The notes beneath the pieces are model-generated. The model was not told the origin of the DNA. It worked only from the letters and a program-made list of their open reading frames with translations, and did no database searches. This document shows positions 8,496 to 18,119 of a DNA stretch of 64,000 nucleotides, in pieces. Both the position numbers and the translations under genes were made by a program. The DNA is taken from positions 13,438 to 77,437 of the forward strand of contig JAOHMI010000002.1 in NCBI GenBank assembly GCA_028101965.1, written 5' to 3'. How positions within the stretch are numbered: the first letter of the stretch is position 1; every line of letters starts with the position of its first letter. Source of the stretch: Bacteriovoracaceae bacterium (GTDB taxonomy: Bacteria > Bdellovibrionota > Bacteriovoracia > Bacteriovoracales > Bacteriovoracaceae).

Positions 8496-9751
8496 GTGGG
8501 ATTGGATTTGCTGGGATTTTTATTCTCCTATTACTTTTTGGGCAACCTCTTTTCTTACTACTTGGTTCAATTGCAATTTATAGCTATGTTTTTATCTCAG
8601 AAGAATCACCAACAATAATAATAGGGGACTTGTTTTACGCCGCTGATAAAGAAGTTCTTTTGGCCATCCCCTTATTTGTATTAGCTGGGCAGTTAATGAC
8701 TAAAGGTAAAATGGCCAACAATCTGATTGATTTGGCCAAACTAGTTACGAGAAAAATTCCTGGTGGTTTAGCCATTTCGGCAATTCTAAGTTGTTCCTTA
8801 TTTGCTGCTATTTCGGGTTCTTCTCCTGTTACATTAATTGCTATTGGATCAATACTTTATCCAGCGTTAAAAGAAGCAAATTATCCGGAAAAAATGTCAA
8901 TGGGTCTGCTCACTAGCGCAGGAACTTTAGGCATTATTATTCCTCCTAGTATTCCCATGATTGTTTTCGCCATCATGGCAAATGTATCAGTGATTGATCT
9001 ATTTAAAGCTGGAATAGGACCAGGGTTTTTGCTAGTTGCCATTTTAATTGGATATGCCGTTTATCGTTCTCCAGCCCGCTCTGTGTTAAACTTTAAAGTA
9101 GAGGAGATTAATTCTCAAAGCGTTTTCCGTGGTCTCTGGGCATTGTTTATGCCAGTGATAATTCTTGGTGGGATTTACACCGGATTTTTCAGTGCAACTG
9201 AGTCAGCTGTTGTGGCAGTTGCATACGCAATACTTGTTGAATGTATTATATTTCGCGAAATAAAATGGAAGGAATTTTATTCTTCATTTGTGGAAACTGG
9301 CGAGCTCTTAGGATCTCTTTTTCTTATTTTATTACTAGCAGTATCTATTAATAAGTTTCTCAGTTTTGAAGAAATTCCTCAGCAAATTTCTTCCTACCTT
9401 ACCAGTGTATTGACGAATAAAATTAGCTTTTTACTAGTGGTAAATTTATTTCTCCTGATAGTTGGTTGTTTCATGGATATAATGAGCGCTATCCTTGTTC
9501 TTGCTCCACTTTTAACACCTGCTGCCGTTGCTCTCGGTGTCGATCCAATCCACTTTGGAATCATTATGATAGTGAACCTTGAAATTGGTTATATTACTCC
9601 ACCTATTGGAATTAACTTATTTGTGGCCACATCAATATTTAAAAAGAATTTAGGAGAGGTAATAAAGTCTGTGCTTCCCTATGTTCTACTACTTCTCATA
9701 GGACTTATCTTAGTTACTTTTGTTCCTCAAATTAGTCTATTTTTGTTCTAG
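8492..9751 (+). CDS. dctM: TRAP transporter large permease, DctM family
   Basis: A 419-aa polytopic protein with DctM-like blocks: LLAIPLFVLAGQLM, ISGSSPVT, GTLGIIIPPSIPMIVF and GYITPPIGINLFV. Confidence 0.9.
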   Translation: MSGIGFAGIFILLLLFGQPLFLLLGSIAIYSYVFISEESPTIIIGDLFYAADKEVLLAIPLFVLAGQLMTKGKMANNLIDLAKLVTRKIPGGLAISAILSCSLFAAISGSSPVTLIAIGSILYPALKEANYPEKMSMGLLTSAGTLGIIIPPSIPMIVFAIMANVSVIDLFKAGIGPGFLLVAILIGYAVYRSPARSVLNFKVEEINSQSVFRGLWALFMPVIILGGIYTGFFSATESAVVAVAYAILVECIIFREIKWKEFYSSFVETGELLGSLFLILLLAVSINKFLSFEEIPQQISSYLTSVLTNKISFLLVVNLFLLIVGCFMDIMSAILVLAPLLTPAAVALGVDPIHFGIIMIVNLEIGYITPPIGINLFVATSIFKKNLGEVIKSVLPYVLLLLIGLILVTFVPQISLFLF

Positions 9752-9942
9752 ACGCACTGTTGACTCTCTGGAAATGGTTTTTCATGGTAATTCTCAATAA
9801 TCTATAAAATATTTTTACGCTGAATGTTTAATTTAAAGTGACTTTTGAGAAAAGTATTAACTTATCATTTTTTTACTATATGATAGTACCTTTATTGATT
9901 TAGATTCATCTGGATCGTACTCTACGCAATCCTGGAGGATAT

Positions 9943-10281
9943 ATGAGCTACGAATTTTATAAAATTATTCACATTATTTGTTTTGCGGGGGTTTTAATTT
10001 CCACCAGTCTTTTGGCTTTTGCTCCAAAAAAGAAAATCTATTCCATTGTCCAAGGTATTTGTGCCTTATTGATTTTTGTTACGGGAATGGGACTTATGGC
10101 AAGAGTAGGAATTAGCCACGGTGCAGGTTGGCCCGCTTGGATTAAAGTAAAAATGGGACTATTTATTGGTTATACAATTGTACCTCCAATTCTAATTAAA
10201 AGGTTTAATAAGAATATTGGTTTTATGGTATTAATTATTTCATTTATTGGATTAGTTTACACCGCTGTAAACCAATACTAA
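9943..10281 (+). CDS. Small integral membrane protein (about 4 TM helices)
   Basis: Hydrophobic 112-aa ORF with GGAGG upstream of the ATG. No family recognised with confidence. Confidence 0.5.
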   Translation: MSYEFYKIIHIICFAGVLISTSLLAFAPKKKIYSIVQGICALLIFVTGMGLMARVGISHGAGWPAWIKVKMGLFIGYTIVPPILIKRFNKNIGFMVLIISFIGLVYTAVNQY

Positions 10282-10294
10282 TCTTTTCTAGTTA

Positions 10295-10672
10295 ATGGCA
10301 TTACCAAAGAAATTTCTCTATTTTGTAGGAGGATGGATTGCACTCCTTTTAGCACTTATTGGCGCAATACTTCCGGTGATGCCAACAACACCTTTTATAA
10401 TCCTAGCAGCATATTGTTTTAAGAGAGGATCAGATAAGGTCCATGATTGGCTTTTGCGACAACCAGTTGTGGGAGAAACCATTAAAGATTGGGATAAACA
10501 CAGAGTTATCCAGCCGAAGTACAAAGTGATGGCATTTTGTAGTATTATAATCAGTTTTGGGTATATCATTTTATTTAGACCTATTCATTTTGGGTTTAAA
10601 ATAGGTCTGTTTATTCTTGGGTGTGCTATAATATTTTTTGTTATGAGACAAAACTCTACCCGAGAAGTATGA
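10295..10672 (+). CDS. YbaN/DUF454-family inner membrane protein
   Basis: LPVMPTTPFIILAAYCFKRGSDKVHDWLL...IKDWDKHRVI matches the DUF454 signature. Confidence 0.7.
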   Translation: MALPKKFLYFVGGWIALLLALIGAILPVMPTTPFIILAAYCFKRGSDKVHDWLLRQPVVGETIKDWDKHRVIQPKYKVMAFCSIIISFGYIILFRPIHFGFKIGLFILGCAIIFFVMRQNSTREV

Positions 10673-11715
10673 AAAAATATGATTATATAATTGTTGGTAA
10701 TGGCATTTCCGGAAACTTTCTAGCTCATCATTTATTAAATTATGATTCAAAATTAAAAATACTTATTATATTTGATGATCAGTTGATACCTGCATCGGAG
10801 CTAAATGCGGGCTTTTTCACTATGGGTTCTTTTTCATTTTTGGAAAAGATTTACAATGAAAAGCCTTGGTTGATTTCTATATTGCAAGAAAATGTTCTAG
10901 CAGTAAAAAAATTGGCCAAAAGTTTGAGTTGTACAATCATAGAGAAGGGAAGTTTAACTATTGTAGACTATCCTTTGACTAGTAAAGTTAATGAATTCTT
11001 TGACTCATTTGAGTATTTAAAAGAGAAAGATTCGTGGGGCAAAATTAATGGAGTTTATAATTCAATAGATTTTTCCGCAAATCCCAAAGTGTTTCTTAAC
11101 TCCTTTAGAAAATTTAATCAACAGCGAGGAGTTGAATACTTAAGTAAGAGCATTCTTCCTGGGGATAGTTCCCTCTCTCAAGGTAAAAGAGTGCTTTTCG
11201 CGACAAATGGTTTTACTCAAAATACATCTTTAAATAAGTTTGGTCTTGCTGTGCAACCACAGCGAGCTCAAATTCAAGAGATCTCTGTTCCCACGCGCCT
11301 TGGGGCTAGCCCAAATATCTATCATCCTGAACACAGAATATATTTTCGATTCATTGAGAACAAAATGCTTATAGGAGGACTGCGTACGCTTGATAGCAAA
11401 AATGAAAATACAACTGAAATGGAAGTGAATGAAAAAATTCAAACTGCATTATTTGATTACGCCACAAAATTTTTAGATGAGAAATTTTCATTTCCTTCGG
11501 AACAAATAAAAATCAATAATCAATGGAGTGGAATTATGGGTTTTACTTCTGATGAGTTGCCAGTGGTTAAAAGTTTGGAAAAGAATGCATATTATATTGG
11601 TGGTTTTAGTGGGCATGGAAATGGATTTAGTTACTGGTTAACAAGAGAATTAATTTACTTTTTAAATAACTCAAATAAATCAAGTCAGTATTTTAAGCAT
11701 TTTTATTTGAAATAA
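10669..11715 (+). CDS. FAD-dependent oxidoreductase (DAO-like)
   Basis: ORF 10621..11715. The likely start is ATG 10669, which forms an ATGA overlap with the previous stop. It gives MKKYDYIIVGNGISGNFLAHHL, a GxGxxG dinucleotide-binding fold. C-terminal GGFSGHG. Confidence 0.75.
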   Translation: MKKYDYIIVGNGISGNFLAHHLLNYDSKLKILIIFDDQLIPASELNAGFFTMGSFSFLEKIYNEKPWLISILQENVLAVKKLAKSLSCTIIEKGSLTIVDYPLTSKVNEFFDSFEYLKEKDSWGKINGVYNSIDFSANPKVFLNSFRKFNQQRGVEYLSKSILPGDSSLSQGKRVLFATNGFTQNTSLNKFGLAVQPQRAQIQEISVPTRLGASPNIYHPEHRIYFRFIENKMLIGGLRTLDSKNENTTEMEVNEKIQTALFDYATKFLDEKFSFPSEQIKINNQWSGIMGFTSDELPVVKSLEKNAYYIGGFSGHGNGFSYWLTRELIYFLNNSNKSSQYFKHFYLK

Positions 11716-12374
11716 ATTATTTTATCAACCTTTAACTTTCCTTGGGTGTTATCAAGAAAAAATATAAAAACCCATTTAACTGGATTGTTTAGTTTCATTT
11801 GGTTATAAAGGCTGGGATCCTTTGTGTACTTCCCTCCCCAAAAAATATTATTTTGAGGAAAGCAATGACTCCAAGAATCTTCTGTGCCACAACCGTTGGG
11901 ATGTGTTCCAAAACCGGTTTCTACTTCTTTGATAATTATTCTAAGGTGATCATTAAAGAAAAAATCACCCCAATGGCGATCAAGCCTATAACTTTGTTTA
12001 TTACCACATTGGTCAGTTAGCTTAAACGATTCGGTTAAATAAGCTACTTCATTGATTAGTTCTCTCTTATGATTAAATGTGAGAGATGTTTTTTTTATTT
12101 TTTGAATTATGAAGTTATTCCTATTCTCATCTTGATTTAAAATAAAATCAGAAAAGAACTCATAGTGAAGTCGAGATTGATTATTTTTATTTACGTTTTT
12201 TTGTATTAGATTTTTTGAATTAAAGTTTTGGGTCAATTCAGTCCGATTTATACAATTTTCTGGGTGATCCCAAAGGTCGGTTTTTTTATTAATTTCATGG
12301 GATGAAATTCCAATTTCTAAAGCATACGAGTTAAACAGGTACATAATAAAAATGAATGTACTTACTTTTGTCAC
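11703..12374 (-). CDS. Secreted hypothetical protein
   Basis: Signal-like N-terminus MTKVSTFIFIMYLFNSYA. Its 3' end overlaps the convergent oxidoreductase gene by 13 nt. Confidence 0.45.
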   Translation of the reverse strand: MTKVSTFIFIMYLFNSYALEIGISSHEINKKTDLWDHPENCINRTELTQNFNSKNLIQKNVNKNNQSRLHYEFFSDFILNQDENRNNFIIQKIKKTSLTFNHKRELINEVAYLTESFKLTDQCGNKQSYRLDRHWGDFFFNDHLRIIIKEVETGFGTHPNGCGTEDSWSHCFPQNNIFWGGKYTKDPSLYNQMKLNNPVKWVFIFFLDNTQGKLKVDKIIYFK

Positions 12375-12525
12375 TTACCCTCTTAGTCCTCTTAAAACTC
12401 ATTTGATACATGTATATTATGTAAGGAAAGAAGTGCGAAACCTAAAGGAAAGGTATGAACTTGAAAAAAGTATAGGTCTTTTAATTTAGATAATATTTTT
12501 AAGTGCTTGAAAACTTAATTATCTA

Positions 12526-13350
12526 TTATTGTTTATGTTTACAGGCTTGGTTTAGAATTGATTCAAAAAAAGGTTTTTCAATGTTTCTTTTCGAACCCTC
12601 TGGATGAAACTGGACACCTAGTATGGGTAAGTCTTTAAACTCAAAACTCTCAAGAATCATGTCGTTATTAGAGAAAGAAGTAAAATAAAACTTATCCGCG
12701 AAGTTGGATAGGTATTTTACATTTCCTCCCTGATGATGCCATTCCATTGCATAAAAACTAGGGTCAAACTTTCCAAATATTTTATAGAAATGTGTTTGCG
12801 GAAGATTCTTTATTTCTATTTTTTCTTTAATTCCAATGCGGTTTGGGATCCCCAGTTGAGTTTTTATATCGATATAGAGAGGGACTCCTTGACTGGCCAA
12901 GAGAATTTGCATACCTCTGCAGATGCCAACCAATGGAGCAAGCTTTTCTCTTTTAGATTTATCCAGATAGGTATCAATAAAAAGCATTTCGGCTTGGTCT
13001 CGTTTTTCACCTTCTTCATTTGAGTCAACTAAATGGAGAAGAGGTTTGATTTCAGTTTTGGCTTTTTCTGAGATACGGTTCCAATAATATTTTGGGTGAA
13101 TATCAATTCCTCCAGGAATGATAAAAGTATTAAACTTATTAAGCTCATTTAAATCTAGCAGTTGCTGAGTAAGCTTAAGACCGTGGAGTTTAGCGTACTT
13201 TTTGAGAGACTTTTTGACATAACTATCAGGTCCATAGGTATAACCAATTTTTAAACTCTTTATTTTTGCTTTTTCACATTCAGGTAATTTAGCAAAAGTG
13301 GGTTGGAGGATTATTAGTAAGGTGATTATCGAAATTTTAATTATTTTCAT
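12526..13350 (-). CDS. Class-I glutamine amidotransferase-like / peptidase C26 gamma-glutamyl hydrolase, with a signal peptide
   Basis: GICRGMQIL nucleophile elbow and GVQFHPE histidine motif. N-terminus MKIIKISIITLLIILQPTFA. Confidence 0.75.
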   Translation of the reverse strand: MKIIKISIITLLIILQPTFAKLPECEKAKIKSLKIGYTYGPDSYVKKSLKKYAKLHGLKLTQQLLDLNELNKFNTFIIPGGIDIHPKYYWNRISEKAKTEIKPLLHLVDSNEEGEKRDQAEMLFIDTYLDKSKREKLAPLVGICRGMQILLASQGVPLYIDIKTQLGIPNRIGIKEKIEIKNLPQTHFYKIFGKFDPSFYAMEWHHQGGNVKYLSNFADKFYFTSFSNNDMILESFEFKDLPILGVQFHPEGSKRNIEKPFFESILNQACKHKQ

Positions 13351-13432
13351 AGTCTTCCTATATCTTTCTTGATCGTGATTGGCAAAAATTATAAGTTAAG
13401 AGTAATAAAATATAAGTGAAAGGAAAAGTTTT

Positions 13433-13924
13433 ATGAGGCGATTCACATTAGAAAGTCTTGATTCTCCAAGGTTAGCGATGAAAATGATTAGCTATTGGCC
13501 ACCTTACTTTTTTAGTGGAATAAAGGTTGTTGATTTTAATGATGATTTAACTCAGATTAAAGTCCGGCTTAAGACATCTTTAATAAATCGCAATTATAAA
13601 GGGACTCACTTTGGGGGCTCTCTTTATTCTATGATAGACCCTTTTTATATGTTTATGATGATTCATGCGATGGGGCCAGGCTATCGTGTGTGGGATATAA
13701 GTGCGAAGATTGATTTTATTAAGGCCACATCTAATACCGTATTAGCTGAGTTTAAGTTAGAGCCCAAAGTTGTAAAAAAAGTTAAAAATCTAACCAGTTC
13801 AGGTGAGAAGCATATTGAGTCCTTTTTAGTGGAAATACGAGAAGAAGTTACAAATGAGCTTGTCGCCTCTGCGGTTAAAGATGTGTATGTTCGAAAAAAA
13901 TTACCGAAAGGTAAATCGAAATGA
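13433..13924 (+). CDS. Hot-dog fold protein, DUF4442/thioesterase-like
   Basis: YWPPYFFSGIKV...NRNYKGTHFGGSLYSMIDP resembles the DUF4442 pattern as I remember it. Confidence 0.5.
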   Translation: MRRFTLESLDSPRLAMKMISYWPPYFFSGIKVVDFNDDLTQIKVRLKTSLINRNYKGTHFGGSLYSMIDPFYMFMMIHAMGPGYRVWDISAKIDFIKATSNTVLAEFKLEPKVVKKVKNLTSSGEKHIESFLVEIREEVTNELVASAVKDVYVRKKLPKGKSK

Positions 13925-14068
13925 GATTGTGTTAGAGAGTAAGATCATTTTAAACCCAAGTAAGTAATCCTTTCAGTATGTCTACTGTATAAAATAAATT
14001 TTGTTACGAATCTGAAATCCTTCTGATCAAAGGAAAATTGGTAAACGTATTAACGAAGAGGTTTTTTT

Positions 14069-14611
14069 ATGAAAATTCTAACAATATTATTTATTGCAGT
14101 TGTCTCAAATTCGCTAACTGCGAAGGAAACTTTAAAATATAAAGATGTAGAGGAGATAAGGGCTCAATTAAGTAAATTAAGAGTCTATGTCAGTAGCCGG
14201 TTGGTTTCAAAGTACAGTGTCATTGCAGAGACAAGTGTGGATACAGATAAAGGAGAGCTAGACAAAAGGATTAAGAAAAAAGAACTAACCGTAAAGGTAA
14301 AAAAGCGGACAAAAGGTAAGATTGTGAATAATCCTAGAGGATATGATTATAACACTTTATATGTATCCTTTGACTCTGATTGTCAGCAACCTTCATGCGC
14401 CTATACCTTTAAGTGGGCCCGAAATAAAGAAAAATTTGTGCTTAGGCAAGTTCCTAAACAAGCAGGATTAAATATCGCTTCAGTTAAAAAAGGTTTTCCA
14501 ATTAAGATTGAGGCGAGGAAAAAAAGCCGTGTTTATTTGAAGTATGACCGTAATGAGCTTGTAAAAGTGACAAGAAAGACAAAAGTTTCAGACGGTCACC
14601 CTATCGAATAA
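14069..14611 (+). CDS. Secreted basic hypothetical protein
   Basis: Signal peptide MKILTILFIAVVSNSLTA. Lys-rich. Confidence 0.45.
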   Translation: MKILTILFIAVVSNSLTAKETLKYKDVEEIRAQLSKLRVYVSSRLVSKYSVIAETSVDTDKGELDKRIKKKELTVKVKKRTKGKIVNNPRGYDYNTLYVSFDSDCQQPSCAYTFKWARNKEKFVLRQVPKQAGLNIASVKKGFPIKIEARKKSRVYLKYDRNELVKVTRKTKVSDGHPIE

Positions 14612-14777
14612 TATATCCATAAGTAGATTCATCTATTCATTGAATTTCAATCAAAGGCAGAGAGTCAAATAGGATGGACTGAAAAAGTGACTAAAGCGGT
14701 CGGCAATTTTCTCCTCTTAACTTGCTGAGGATAATTGTGGTACACTATTTTTTGAGTTTTAAGTCTAAGGGAACTTA

Positions 14778-16214
14778 ATGGGACAGGAAGTTTCAAATAC
14801 CTCATTTTCAGATAATGAAGCCAAGCGCTTTAAACAAAAGCTAATTGAAGAAACTAAGCTTTTACAAACTTGGTTTAAAGAAAAGCATTTCTCTGATCAA
14901 GAAAAAAAATGTGGCTTAGAGTTGGAAGCCTGGATGGTTGACCGTGATTTTGTCCCTGCACCCATAAGTGATCAATTTATCTCTCTTTTGCAAAACCCTT
15001 TAGTGGTTCCGGAGCTTTCTAAATTTAATTTTGAACTGAATACTCTTCCTTGTGCTTTTGGGGATAATGTTTTTTCTTCTTTGGAGAGACAGCTTAAGAA
15101 AATCTGGAAGGGATGTGAGGCTCAAGCAGCTGCGATGGATGCAAAAGCTCTTATAATAGGAACTCTGCCAGTTTTAAGAGATCACATGCTTTGCTCAAGT
15201 AATATTTCACCTCAAAAAAGGTATAAAGCTTTAAATGATCAAATCATGAAGCTGAGAAACTTTGAACCGATTCAAATAAATATAAATGGCAGAGACCAAG
15301 TTAAATTAAAAAATGATAATTTATTTACTGAGTGTGCGGCAACGAGCTTACAAATTCATTATGGTGTAGACCAAGAAAGGGCTCATCATTATTATAATGC
15401 CTCCATTATAGCTAGTGCTTTTATGGGCGCAGCTTGTGCCAATTCACCATATTTTTATGGTAAAGAAGTTTGGGATGAGAGCCGTGTGGCCATATTTGAG
15501 CAATCAGTAAATGTGACTTCATTTCGCAATAAATTTGGTGAGCTGGCAACACGGGTTGGATTAGGTAATGGCTATGTTGGCGATAATTTATTCGAGATCT
15601 TTATTGAAAACCTTAATGGATATCCCATACTACTTCCTGAAGTATGCGAAGAAGCGAGGCCAGAAGAGCTTCGGCACCTAAGATTGCAAAATGGTACAAT
15701 CTGGCGTTGGAATCGTCCTCTAATTGGATTTGATAAAGAAGGAAAGCCTAATCTGCGATTAGAGTTTCGTGTCCCAAGTGCTGGCCCTACGATTCGAGAC
15801 TCCATTGCGAATACGACTTTGCAAATTGCTCTAGTAGAATATTTAGCAAGTATAGATGGTTTAACCGAAAAAATCCCTTTTCAGCGGGCTGTGTCAAACT
15901 TTTATGAATGTTGTCGGAATGGACTACAAGGCGAAGTTTATTGGGTCGATGGAAAAAGGTATAATGTTCGAGAACTCCTTCTTGATCAGATTTTACCCCA
16001 ATTACCCAAAGCATTGATTAATGTAGGAATACAGGAATCAGAAATTCAGAAATATTTACATAAAGTTATCCTTAAAAGAGTGAAAAAAGGCCAAACCGGG
16101 GCCAAATGGCAAAAAGCATTTGTTCATTCTTATGGTTATCGCTTTCAAAATATGTTAGAAGTGTATCACCAATATCAAATTCAAAATAAACCGGTACATT
16201 TATGGAAAGTCTGA
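14778..16214 (+). CDS. Glutamate-cysteine-ligase family 2 (GCS2/YbdK-like) carboxylate-amine ligase
   Basis: CGLELEAWMVD resembles the N-terminal GxExE strand of GCS2 ligases. The size (478 aa) and overall pattern are consistent with the family. Confidence 0.6.
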   Translation: MGQEVSNTSFSDNEAKRFKQKLIEETKLLQTWFKEKHFSDQEKKCGLELEAWMVDRDFVPAPISDQFISLLQNPLVVPELSKFNFELNTLPCAFGDNVFSSLERQLKKIWKGCEAQAAAMDAKALIIGTLPVLRDHMLCSSNISPQKRYKALNDQIMKLRNFEPIQININGRDQVKLKNDNLFTECAATSLQIHYGVDQERAHHYYNASIIASAFMGAACANSPYFYGKEVWDESRVAIFEQSVNVTSFRNKFGELATRVGLGNGYVGDNLFEIFIENLNGYPILLPEVCEEARPEELRHLRLQNGTIWRWNRPLIGFDKEGKPNLRLEFRVPSAGPTIRDSIANTTLQIALVEYLASIDGLTEKIPFQRAVSNFYECCRNGLQGEVYWVDGKRYNVRELLLDQILPQLPKALINVGIQESEIQKYLHKVILKRVKKGQTGAKWQKAFVHSYGYRFQNMLEVYHQYQIQNKPVHLWKV

Positions 16215-17215
16215 CAATACAAGACATTGATAATTTTGATTCTGCTTTTTTAAATACTTCAGTAGAAAATATAACAGAGTATGTGCAACAGCCGACTCTT
16301 TTTCACTATCGAGCAAGCTTAGGCCGACCGATTTTTATTTCGACTCTTTTGCATGGAAACGAGCATTCTGGATTTTTAGCTTTGCAAAAATTGTTACGCC
16401 AAATTCAATCCAATGAAGTAAGCCTTAATCAATCACTTCTCATTTTGATAGGTAATCCAAAAGCTGCTGCTCAAAACCTGCGCATGCTTCCCGGCCAACC
16501 TGACTTTAATCGAGTATGGAGTGGTGGAGAAAATGATTCCGCTGGCATTGCAAAACAAATTATTGATTATGCAAAAGAGAAGGATCCTGTTTGCTGTATT
16601 GATATTCACAATAATACCGGGAAAAATCCCTTTTATAGTTGTATCAATAAGACAGATCGACAATTTTTATACTTAGGTTCACTTTTTTCAAAAAATATTG
16701 TCTTTTTTACTGAACCTCACGAGGTTCTCTCAATGGCCTTTGCTCAGTTCTGCCCAAGCATTACCATTGAAGCCGGCCTTTCCGGAGAAGAGAAAGGTTT
16801 AAATATTTTGCAAGTGAAACTACAGCTTCTTATCAGTCATGAAGCGGTTCCTGAACTTCCTCATTTTGAAAATGTTAAAGTATTTCATTCCTATGCTCGC
16901 CTTCGCTTTAAGCATGGTACTAAAGTAGATTTTGAATTTAATAGTGATAGTGAGTCAGATTACTCTCTTAAAAGCGAACTAGAAGAATTTAATTTTAAGC
17001 ACCTAAAGGCAGGGGAGACAGTAGCCTATCATCAAGGTAATGATCTCTTTTGGGTGGAAAGTAATGAAGGGGAAAACTTGTTTAATGATTTCTTCTATCT
17101 CGAAGGCAATGAGCTAAAAGTTAAGAAAGAGTTTGTCCCGGCAATGTTAACTAAAAATAAAGATGTTATTCGAGATGACTGCTTCGGTTATATTATGGAA
17201 GACTATAAACTTTAA
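16202..17215 (+). CDS. AstE/AspA-family (succinylglutamate desuccinylase / aspartoacylase-like) zinc hydrolase
   Basis: LLHGNEHSG (zinc His/Glu) and CIDIHNNTG (second His). The gene overlaps the upstream ligase gene by 13 nt. Confidence 0.7.
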   Translation: MESLTIQDIDNFDSAFLNTSVENITEYVQQPTLFHYRASLGRPIFISTLLHGNEHSGFLALQKLLRQIQSNEVSLNQSLLILIGNPKAAAQNLRMLPGQPDFNRVWSGGENDSAGIAKQIIDYAKEKDPVCCIDIHNNTGKNPFYSCINKTDRQFLYLGSLFSKNIVFFTEPHEVLSMAFAQFCPSITIEAGLSGEEKGLNILQVKLQLLISHEAVPELPHFENVKVFHSYARLRFKHGTKVDFEFNSDSESDYSLKSELEEFNFKHLKAGETVAYHQGNDLFWVESNEGENLFNDFFYLEGNELKVKKEFVPAMLTKNKDVIRDDCFGYIMEDYKL

Positions 17216-17351
17216 GATCTTCAAAACTCGAAATTTAAATTGCATATTGATTAGATACCGAAATTGAAAACATAAATAAAACTGATAATAAGGGGTTACA
17301 TATTTACAAAAGAACCCATTTGAAAAAATTTCATTAGTTTATCATAATTTC

Positions 17352-17367
17352 TATAATCTAGATTATA
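17352..17367. promoter_or_regulatory. Perfect 16-bp palindrome TATAATCTAGATTATA, a candidate operator overlapping a -10-like hexamer
   Basis: Read directly from the sequence. It lies 32 nt upstream of ATG 17399. Confidence 0.3.
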
Positions 17368-17398
17368 ATTTTTCAACAGCTAAACAAAGGGTACGTTA

Positions 17399-17968
17399 AT
17401 GACACGTTTTAAGATAATCAATCTTTTCTTAGGTTTTTTTACATTTTCTGCTGTCAGCTATGCCACTTCTTATCACAAGAAATTATGCATGACTGCTCTA
17501 AGGAGTGATGGGACTTCTGGTGGTGAGGGAAAAATTAATGGAGTTCCGGTTGAATGGCAAGGGGAATTTAGTTACGGTCGCTACTTTGATTTAACTTTAC
17601 CTATTCTTATTCTTAAGGATGATGATGATGAGTGTGAAGAATATAAAAATAAAGCAGCCTACAAAAAGCTTTCGGAACTGTATTCAAAAATAGTTAAGTA
17701 TGACAAAGGGGTGCCAAATAAGAAATTGTGGCAAGTAGTTAGCAAGACTTTCCAAACGGATAAAGTTTGTTTTTATGATGTCAAAGTGAACGATGGCTAT
17801 TATGGAGAGAATGCTTATATTGAATCAATTAATCCAGATAAAATAGAGATTTCCAATCAAGGTAATCCCAACGGACTTAAAACAATCACGGATTATACAG
17901 AATGGGAAGATCATCATACATGGTATATGTATTATGTAGAGAAGTATGACTTATATTCCAAAGATTAA
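17399..17968 (+). CDS. Secreted hypothetical protein
   Basis: Signal-like N-terminus MTRFKIINLFLGFFTFSAVSYA. Confidence 0.45.
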   Translation: MTRFKIINLFLGFFTFSAVSYATSYHKKLCMTALRSDGTSGGEGKINGVPVEWQGEFSYGRYFDLTLPILILKDDDDECEEYKNKAAYKKLSELYSKIVKYDKGVPNKKLWQVVSKTFQTDKVCFYDVKVNDGYYGENAYIESINPDKIEISNQGNPNGLKTITDYTEWEDHHTWYMYYVEKYDLYSKD

Positions 17969-18119
17969 TTGATCACCAACCCTAAAAAATTCTCATTAAT
18001 AAAGCTTTTTAAATACGTATTATTTGAAATACCTGGAAGTTAAGTACGCTTGAGTTTGACATAGTTGAATTCTAATTGGGGATGAGTATATAATTACGAG
18101 TAAGAACTAAAGGAATAGT

